The position numbers and the translations under genes are program-made. 64,000 bases of DNA from assembly GCA_903864935.1 (NCBI GenBank), contig CAIPHT010000006.1:101198-165197 (forward strand), in the 5' to 3' direction. Positions 55,943-64,000 of the stretch are shown in pieces (within the stretch, counting starts at the first letter, position 1; every line of letters begins with the position of its first letter). This stretch comes from Candidatus Vogelbacteria bacterium (GTDB taxonomy: Bacteria > Patescibacteriota > Minisyncoccia > Phycocordibacterales > XYD1-FULL-46-19). The notes under the pieces were generated by a model. The model ran no database searches. It worked only from the letters and a program-made list of their open reading frames with translations, and was not told the origin of the DNA.

Positions 55943-56452
55943 ATGGTAAAAATTGTTCAAAAAGAGAATAAGGTCTTACACGAGCGGGCCAAGACTGTGC
56001 CCAAGGAACTTTTTGGGACCAAAGAATTGAAGAAAATTGTGGCTGATATGAGCCTCGCCCTATCTAAAGAAGATGATGGGGTGGCGATTGCCGCACCACA
56101 AATTGCCGTGCCTCTTCGTATTTTTGTTATTGCTGGCAAAGTTCTAACACCAGAGGATGAAGAAAAAGTTTATCCCGACCTCGTCTTCATTAATCCCGTC
56201 ATCACAAGTATGTCTAAGACAAAAAGAGAAATGGATGAGGGTTGTCTCTCTGTGCGTTGGTACTTCGGTCAGGTGAAGCGCGCCAACAAAGCAACAGTTG
56301 AAGCTTATGATATTAATGGGGGGAAATTCTCTCGCTCTGGCTCAGGCGTGATTGCCCAAATCTTCCAACACGAGACTGACCACTTAGATGGCGTTCTCTT
56401 TACCGAGAAAGCGAAGAATCTTAAGGAGTATACACCCCCACACCAAGATTAG
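55943..56452 (+). CDS. def: peptide deformylase
   Basis: GIGIAAPQI-like, EGCLSV, QHETDHLDG motifs. Confidence 0.9.
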   Translation: MVKIVQKENKVLHERAKTVPKELFGTKELKKIVADMSLALSKEDDGVAIAAPQIAVPLRIFVIAGKVLTPEDEEKVYPDLVFINPVITSMSKTKREMDEGCLSVRWYFGQVKRANKATVEAYDINGGKFSRSGSGVIAQIFQHETDHLDGVLFTEKAKNLKEYTPPHQD

Positions 56453-56609
56453 TATAGTACGATAGTACATGTTTTTTATAAAAAACGATACTAATCTTGG
56501 TGTGGGGGCACGCCAGAGATAAATAATTAATCTAAAAACAACAAGCCCCCGTGCTCACAAACTGTGACACGGGGGCATAAACGAATAAAAGGAGAAGAAC
56601 AAAGTTCGG

Positions 56610-57242
56610 TCAGGATGATGACTTGGGAGCAAGTCTTTTCTCGGCAATTAGGAAACTCTCTGTCTCACAAAACAACTCCTTGTCGAAAGAAAGAAACTCC
56701 CTCTCTATCCGCTCCTTGATTCGAAACCAGGACAGCAAGAGCTCCGACAAAACAGGGCCTCGGCGTTGCTCATCCTCCATCTCTCGCGCTTCGGTAAGCT
56801 GGCGCCGGAGCGAAGCGTGTAGCCACTTGCCATAGAGTTCATCCCTCTTGACTCGATAAGAAGGGTCAACCTCGACGAGGAGATTGAAGGCATAACCAAA
56901 ATCGGTGGCCTCGGCTGTCTCCAGGCTTTGTCTGAAGTGCTGAGACAGAGACCTCTTAGTCGCCTCCACGAGGTCGTTAGCTCTCTCAATACCATATCCC
57001 TTATTGCAAAGCCTGGGATAATACTGCAAGAGCTTCGAGTAGTGCCAGAATGGGTGTCCCGGTAACCGAAAGTGATCATTTTTCATCTCCTCCAAGAGCC
57101 GCTCAGCCTCGGCCACCTGCTTTTCTTCGTCAAGACCCTCGGGCCAAACAACTGGTTTCTTGCGACCCCAGAAGATCAAAAACGTAGCCAAAGAGACAAG
57201 GGCCAACCCAAGCAATATAAGTCCATGCACTTGAGATGTCAT
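56610..57242 (-). CDS. hypothetical membrane-anchored protein
   Basis: 210 aa, single N-terminal TM; GC-rich. Confidence 0.45.
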   Translation of the reverse strand: MTSQVHGLILLGLALVSLATFLIFWGRKKPVVWPEGLDEEKQVAEAERLLEEMKNDHFRLPGHPFWHYSKLLQYYPRLCNKGYGIERANDLVEATKRSLSQHFRQSLETAEATDFGYAFNLLVEVDPSYRVKRDELYGKWLHASLRRQLTEAREMEDEQRRGPVLSELLLSWFRIKERIEREFLSFDKELFCETESFLIAEKRLAPKSSS

Positions 57243-57398
57243 GACAATAGCTCCTACTTGTTGACAATGAGTTCCATAATTTAAAAACGCTCAAGAACAC
57301 CCCAAGCGTTTCTCCTGACAAAATCTACTTAGAAAAGTAACATTTATAAAGAATAGCGTCAACTGCCAAAAAAGCGCTTTTTTTGCTATCATCAGAGA

Positions 57399-58301
57399 AT
57401 GAATTTTGCTTTCTTCGGAACTGATGAATTTAGCGTGCGGGTTTTAGATAATCTAAAAAAGGCAAATCTTTTGCCTTCACTTATTGTCACCGTGCCCGAT
57501 CAACCCAAGGGACGCAAGATGGTGATGACTCCCCCACTAGCGAAGACGTGGGCAGAGGAAAATAATATTGAGGTGATGCAGCCGGCAAGTTTGAAAGGCC
57601 TCAAGTTTTCTGAAGTCGCATCTGACCAGAGCTCCCCGAAGTCGGATCTGGCTACGCGAGATACGACTTCTGTCCGCTCTTGGGACCTCTTCATCGTTGC
57701 CTCATATGGCAAAATCATTCCCCAAGAAATTCTCGACATCCCAACTCATGGTACCCTAAATATTCACCCATCGCTTTTGCCTAAATACCGCGGACCCTCA
57801 CCACTTGAGACAGCCATCTTGAATGGGGACCAAGAAACCGGTGTCGCCATCATGCTTGTTGATGCGCTAATGGATCACGGGCCAATTGTTGCCATGGAGA
57901 AAATTGAATTAAACGATAAGTATAATTTCGAACAATTGCGCGACAAACTGGCCGACGAAGGAACAAGCTTGCTAAAAAAAATTTTATCAGATTATCTCGA
58001 CGGTAAAATTACACCCGAACCTCAAGATCACGACCAAGCTACTGTTACCAAAAAATTTACTAAAGAAGACGGCTTCCTCGATCAAGAAGCGCCCGCTCTT
58101 TCTCGCTATCGTCAAATTCTCGCCCTTAATCCTTGGCCTGGCACTTACTTAGATTACCCTGGTCCCGATGGCAAAATTCGCCTAATTATAAAACAAGCTC
58201 ATCTCGACGGAGATAAGCTTGTCTATGATCGTGTCGTCCCCGAAGGACGCAAAGAGATGGATTGGAAATCTTTTCTAAATGGTTTACACGCGACGAAATA
58301 G
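57399..58301 (+). CDS. fmt: methionyl-tRNA formyltransferase with an in-frame palindromic-element insertion
   Basis: MNFAFFGTDEFSV..., HPSLLPKYRGPSP (SLLP motif), C-terminal domain. Extra ...SEVASDQSSPKSDLATRDTTSVRSW... segment between QPASL and VASYG, compared with canonical Fmt. Confidence 0.9.
   Translation: MNFAFFGTDEFSVRVLDNLKKANLLPSLIVTVPDQPKGRKMVMTPPLAKTWAEENNIEVMQPASLKGLKFSEVASDQSSPKSDLATRDTTSVRSWDLFIVASYGKIIPQEILDIPTHGTLNIHPSLLPKYRGPSPLETAILNGDQETGVAIMLVDALMDHGPIVAMEKIELNDKYNFEQLRDKLADEGTSLLKKILSDYLDGKITPEPQDHDQATVTKKFTKEDGFLDQEAPALSRYRQILALNPWPGTYLDYPGPDGKIRLIIKQAHLDGDKLVYDRVVPEGRKEMDWKSFLNGLHATK
57638..57670. repeat. GC-rich palindromic element, type A, inside fmt (in frame)
   Basis: gaagtcggatctggctacgcgagatacgacttc; a partial second copy gaagtcgcatctg lies 26 nt upstream. 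Confidence 0.85.
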
Positions 58302-58640
58302 TCTCTTGATCGCGCGCCCACCTCGTTTGAATAAAGTATTTTTCTTTTTCTCAACATTACTAATTTCTTCAGCCATACCATCCTTAACTTTATCAATGGC
58401 CGCATAGAGATCAGATTCTTCTTCAACCCGACGAATAAGTCGGCCTTCAGTATGGAGGTTAATCTCAGCAAAAAACCAATCACCACTCTTATGATGCTTG
58501 GTCCTCTTCCCAATCTCCACATCCGCATAAGCGGCGGGATCATGAACTAATAATTTCTCGAGCATGGCCACCTTATCATTAACATAGGAGCTGAGTGCGG
58601 GAGTAAGTTCTACCCCAGAAGCTTTGATATTGATCCTCAT
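58284..58640 (-). CDS. hpf: ribosome hibernation promoting factor / RaiA (S30AE family)
   Basis: MRINIKASGVELTPALSSYVNDKV...; 118 aa. Confidence 0.85.
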   Translation of the reverse strand: MRINIKASGVELTPALSSYVNDKVAMLEKLLVHDPAAYADVEIGKRTKHHKSGDWFFAEINLHTEGRLIRRVEEESDLYAAIDKVKDGMAEEISNVEKKKNTLFKRGGRAIKRLFRRV

Positions 58641-58735
58641 GATTATTATTAATTAACTTATTAATAATGGGGCCTTTTATAACTACATTATACTACTTAT
58701 TACGAGAGAAAACGAGTTTTTGTTTCACTGTCAGA

Positions 58736-60169
58736 TTATATCGTCTCAGCCAAAATTGTATTGGTCGCACCCGCCGTACCAAGTGGCAAACCAGCGACAA
58801 TAATGACCTTATCCCCCTTCTTAACCAATTTTTTGTCTAGGAGCATCCCCTTTGTCTCCTCGACAACCTCTGACAAAGAAGAAAAATTCTTATCAAACAA
58901 TGGGTAACAACCAAAGGAGAGGGCCATCTGATTATAAGTTTTCTCGTTCGGAGTAAAGACAATTAGGGGCTTCTTTGGCTTAAGGCGAGAAATCATGCGC
59001 GCGGTATAGCCCGAAGCCGAGAGCACAACAATAGCACTCGCCTCAATATTGCGACCAACATTTATTGCCGCCTGAGAGATGGCGTCGGTGACATTGCTCT
59101 TAAGACAGACATTGCCAGCACAAACGTTGGCCAAGTAGACATCGTGGTCAAGATGCTTCTCAGTCTGAATAGCGACACGAGACATGACATCAACCGCTTC
59201 AACCGGATGGTCACCAAGAGTTGTCTCCTCCGACAACATCACAGCATCTGTCCCGTCGAAGATGGCATTGGCCACATCATTAACCTCCGCTCGAGTTGGC
59301 GTCGCCGACTTAATCATAGACTCTAACATCTGGGTCGCGGTAATAACCGGCAAACCTAAGCGGTTACATTTCTTAATAATTGTCTTCTGAGCAAAAGGCA
59401 CTTGCTCGGCCGGGATCTCAATAGCCAAGTCACCACGCGCCACCATCACCCCATCCGAGACCGCCAAAATAGCGTCAAGATTATCAATAGCCTCCTCGGT
59501 CTCAATCTTAGAAATAATTTTAATCTCACTCGCGCCTTTTTCTTTAAGAATTTCACGCAACTCAACCACGTCCTCAGGACGACGAACAAAAGACAGGGCC
59601 ATAAAATCAACTTTTTTCTCTATCCCAAATTCCAAATCTCGCTTATCTTTATCGGTCAATGAAGAGAGGGAGAGATAAGCACCGGGGACATTAACACCGC
59701 GCTTGCCCTTAGTCTCACCGCCAATAATAATTTGGCAATAAATATCGTTGCCCTCGACTCTTTTTACTTCAAGCTTCTTTTTTCCATCGTCAAGAAAAAT
59801 AATATTCCCCGCTTTAACTTCTTGGGGCAAATTAGCATAAGAAACCCAAGCCTTGTGTTCATCCCCAACAATACCCTCGGTTGTTGTTAGTATAAACTCT
59901 TCACCTGGAGTTAAGGTCACTCGTTCTTGATAAAATTCACCAATCCGAATTTTGGGCCCGCAAAGATCTTGCAAAATAGCGACGGGAGTACCAAGTTTCT
60001 CAGAGATTGCTCGGGCTCGCGTTACGCGATGGCCATGCTCTTCGAAGTCGCCGTGAGAAAAATTAAGACGGATGACATTAACACCGTGCTTAATCAATCG
60101 CTCCAGAGTTTTCTCATCCTCTGAGACCGGTCCAATGGTTGCGACAATCTTTGTTTTCTTGGTATACAT
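58736..60169 (-). CDS. pyk: pyruvate kinase
   Basis: KIVATIGPVSEDEKTLERLIKHGVNVIRLNFSHG...; 477 aa. Confidence 0.95.
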   Translation of the reverse strand: MYTKKTKIVATIGPVSEDEKTLERLIKHGVNVIRLNFSHGDFEEHGHRVTRARAISEKLGTPVAILQDLCGPKIRIGEFYQERVTLTPGEEFILTTTEGIVGDEHKAWVSYANLPQEVKAGNIIFLDDGKKKLEVKRVEGNDIYCQIIIGGETKGKRGVNVPGAYLSLSSLTDKDKRDLEFGIEKKVDFMALSFVRRPEDVVELREILKEKGASEIKIISKIETEEAIDNLDAILAVSDGVMVARGDLAIEIPAEQVPFAQKTIIKKCNRLGLPVITATQMLESMIKSATPTRAEVNDVANAIFDGTDAVMLSEETTLGDHPVEAVDVMSRVAIQTEKHLDHDVYLANVCAGNVCLKSNVTDAISQAAINVGRNIEASAIVVLSASGYTARMISRLKPKKPLIVFTPNEKTYNQMALSFGCYPLFDKNFSSLSEVVEETKGMLLDKKLVKKGDKVIIVAGLPLGTAGATNTILAETI

Positions 60170-60243
60170 ATTTTTTATAAAAAATTATAAGAGGTGAAAC
60201 TTCCCCATGGAAAGTCCCACCTCTTAGGTGATTTAATAACTAA

Positions 60244-61017
60244 TTACTTTATACCATAACGCAAAACTACTGAAGCTGTCAAATCTTGCGATCCCGGTTC
60301 GATCGTTGGAGCGGGAGCCACAGCACTCTTGGCCATCAGAGCGTCGGCCCCTCCGCCCATGCCATAGACCGGCTGATAGGGGCTACCGTTATCTTCGATC
60401 GAGAGCAGTTCTCCGAGACGGAAGCCGGCGGTAGCAGCTAAAGCCTTAGCCTTAAGTTGAGCTTTCTTAACCGCTTCACCCTTAACTTGGCCCAAGAGGC
60501 TATCCATATCATCAAAGGTAAAGTTCAATTGTGAGACACTATTGGCTCCATTAGCCACAACTCCCTGCAAGACTGGGCCGATAATTTTGAAGTCGCGAAT
60601 TTTTACCGTAGCGTTTTGTCTTACAGTATAACCAACAATGGTCGCAGGCGGACAGACCACTCCCATTTGGCAATTAGAATATTGGTAACGAGGAGAGAGA
60701 TTATAACCCGAGGTCTTGATATCTTTAGAGTCAATCTTCTGACCCTTCAAATAATCAATAATTTTATTCATCTTGGTGGTGTTTTGTTCTTGCAACTTGG
60801 CAACATCAACTCCTCCTTCGGTCACCACACCGAGGTCAACTTGAGCAATATCTGGCACAGCATTAACCTTAGCTTCGCCAGTGACACTAAAACTTCTAAG
60901 CATCATTGAGTCAGAATAGGTCTGAGAGTAAGAATAAGCTGAATAAGCAACAACCAGCAAAGCAATAACGAGAGCTCCATAAACGACATCTTTCAATTTT
61001 AAATTATAGTTATTCAT
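60244..61017 (-). CDS. SIMPL-domain (DUF541) protein
   Basis: N-terminal TM, then the BP26/SIMPL-like beta-alpha domain; 257 aa. Confidence 0.75.
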   Translation of the reverse strand: MNNYNLKLKDVVYGALVIALLVVAYSAYSYSQTYSDSMMLRSFSVTGEAKVNAVPDIAQVDLGVVTEGGVDVAKLQEQNTTKMNKIIDYLKGQKIDSKDIKTSGYNLSPRYQYSNCQMGVVCPPATIVGYTVRQNATVKIRDFKIIGPVLQGVVANGANSVSQLNFTFDDMDSLLGQVKGEAVKKAQLKAKALAATAGFRLGELLSIEDNGSPYQPVYGMGGGADALMAKSAVAPAPTIEPGSQDLTASVVLRYGIK

Positions 61018-61025
61018 ATCTTCTA

Positions 61026-61898
61026 TTATAGCACAATTCGGAGTATAAGAGCAAGAATAATAGCCAGAGCCTTAAGACGCCAATTGCGCGTAAGAAAGAC
61101 TCGCCAGAAATGAGAAAATTCTGGCTCTTGAGCCACACTAATAAACTTACTAATTTGCTCCTCGAGAAGATGCCAGTCATTAATCTTTTGCAATTCACCA
61201 CGGCTGGCCACAGAGATTTCTCCTCGCTCCTCAGAAACAATAATTACTAAGGCATCTGTTCGCTGGGTCAAGCCCACCGCTGCTCGGTGTCTTGTCCCCG
61301 TTCGTTCGAAACCAGAAAAATTATCGGCCAAGGGTAAATGCACACCAAATTTCTTAACACGGTTATTATCAATAATCATGGCTCCATCATGTCCCGGACT
61401 CGTCGGGTCGAAGATCGACAAAATTAAGGGCAACGAAACTCTCCCGTCGAGAGCAAAACCTCCTTCCACAATTCCTTCAAGTGGCAATTCACCAGGCAAG
61501 ACAATAAGAGCCCCAATCTTCTTGGCGGCCATTTCTTGTGCCGCCTTAATAAGAGAGAAGGAAACCTCGTTAGAGATTGTTCGTTGACGACTATGAGCCA
61601 AGCGACGAGTCGAGATAAAAATCCAGTCGAAGAAGCGACGCAATTCACGCTGAAAGATGACCACAAAGACCAAGAGAAAGACGGTGGAAAGGATTTGGAA
61701 GATTTCCCGAGTTAAAGTTAGAGACAAAGTTCGTGCAAAATAAATAATCAATAAATAAATCGCTGTCCCATAAGCAATAACAAAAGACTTAGACTGCTTA
61801 ATAAAGACCAGAATAAAATATATCAGCAAGGCGACTAATAGGATATCGATAATATCTTTGAATTGTAATAATGATAAAAATGACATTGTAAAAAACAA
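61026..61898 (-). CDS. cdaA: diadenylate cyclase CdaA (DAC domain)
   Basis: Three N-terminal TM helices; DAC motifs DGAMII and GTRHRAAVGLTQRTDALVIIVSEERGEIS. Confidence 0.85.
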   Translation of the reverse strand: MFFTMSFLSLLQFKDIIDILLVALLIYFILVFIKQSKSFVIAYGTAIYLLIIYFARTLSLTLTREIFQILSTVFLLVFVVIFQRELRRFFDWIFISTRRLAHSRQRTISNEVSFSLIKAAQEMAAKKIGALIVLPGELPLEGIVEGGFALDGRVSLPLILSIFDPTSPGHDGAMIIDNNRVKKFGVHLPLADNFSGFERTGTRHRAAVGLTQRTDALVIIVSEERGEISVASRGELQKINDWHLLEEQISKFISVAQEPEFSHFWRVFLTRNWRLKALAIILALILRIVL

Positions 61899-61990
61899 TA
61901 AGAACTAGGAATTTTGCCCCTAGCTCTTTAATTAAGACGTGTAATACTTATTATTCTAACAAATTTGTCTCGCGCGAGCAAATCGGTTAG

Positions 61991-63343
<1,353 letters not shown>

Positions 63344-63378
63344 TTATCCGGCCATAAAAAATAACTAAAATCAAAAGA

Positions 63379-63422
63379 CCCTTATTGTGCGATATCCAAT
63401 CTCGCACAACAAGGGTTTTTTC
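63379..63422 (+). terminator. rho-independent terminator after eno
   Basis: cccttattgtgcga...tcgcacaacaaggg (1 mismatch) followed by ttttttc. Confidence 0.7.
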
Positions 63423-63485
63423 TGTAAATAGAAAACTCGCCTCGCAATGGATAACGAAGCGAGTTCGCTATCCCTTGCGGGCGAG

Positions 63486-63968
63486 TTAGTAACCGAAGAT
63501 CCACCACAGTACGAAGAAAAGTGGAAGAAGGAAAAGGGCAATAATCCAGTGGCCGGAGAAGAGACTGACCAGGATACAGAAGGTGGCCAGAAGATACAGG
63601 TAGAGATTGCGTCTCTTGCGATTCTTCTTCATCTCCTCCCAGATCGGTTCCATCCTTTCACGACACAGACTTTCTTCTTCCTCTTTGTCTTCTTGTTTCT
63701 CTCTCCAGACCTCTTCGTCCTCCAATTCCCTGGCAATATCTTCCTTTTGCCAGGCATACGGTGCCGGAGAATGCCCCGCGGATTCTTCTTGGGACAGAAC
63801 ACGAATGTAGGAAAACCCCATTATCCCATATCCACCCTTCTCCATCGGTGTTTCAAGAACAAATCCTGCGAGACCTTCAGCAACATCAGTCAAGGTGGCG
63901 AAATACCACTCACCCGTCTGAGCCGGAATCTGGACCTTCACAATGGCCCCTCGTTCGTAACCGTACAT
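63486..63968 (-). CDS. hypothetical protein with acidic middle region and C-terminal TM helices
   Basis: 160-aa ORF; no motif recognised. Confidence 0.4.
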   Translation of the reverse strand: MYGYERGAIVKVQIPAQTGEWYFATLTDVAEGLAGFVLETPMEKGGYGIMGFSYIRVLSQEESAGHSPAPYAWQKEDIARELEDEEVWREKQEDKEEEESLCRERMEPIWEEMKKNRKRRNLYLYLLATFCILVSLFSGHWIIALFLLPLFFVLWWIFGY

Positions 63969-64000
63969 AGCACGAACCTCCTTCCTTGGAGTTATCTAGA

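Overview
This 64-kb window (about 45% GC, small compact genes, many minus-strand operons) looks like a CPR/Patescibacteria-type bacterial chromosome segment. The core genes are housekeeping. They include cysS, dnaB, recR, a mraZ-rsmH-ftsL-ftsI-murF block, a greA-lysS / mrdA-mreDCB-proS block, frr, holB, murA, priA, def/fmt, pyk, cdaA, eno, rplU and one tRNA-Glu(CUC). Three things stand out.

(1) A complete diversity-generating retroelement (DGR). It has a reverse transcriptase with the IGxxxSQ-type motif and YADD, an Avd-like gene, a 117-bp template repeat (TR) and a variable repeat (VR). TR and VR differ only at adenine positions of the sense strand. The VR sits at the 3' end of a target gene (ca. 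43.6-46.1 kb).

(2) An accessory, defense-like island at ca. 13.2-23.3 kb. It contains an ArsR regulator flanked by a 4-copy palindromic operator-like repeat, two C39-like peptidases, a DUF2726 protein, an overlapping HEPN / AlbA_2 (Schlafen-like) pair, a MazG-like pyrophosphohydrolase translationally coupled to a 771-aa protein that fuses a PD-(D/E)xK-like region, a DUF2075 P-loop ATPase and a LexA-like S24 peptidase, and two Fic/Doc proteins, one inside a cassette bounded by ~90-bp direct repeats.

(3) Several families of short GC-rich palindromic elements. One family is inserted in frame into fmt, holB and eno, in the manner of Rickettsia palindromic elements (RPEs). Other families form conserved intergenic hairpins, and there are three G/C homopolymer tracts of 9-12 nt.

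There is also a GC-rich structured ncRNA (SRP-RNA-like) with its own terminator at 8.9-9.1 kb. No CRISPR array and no rRNA are present.
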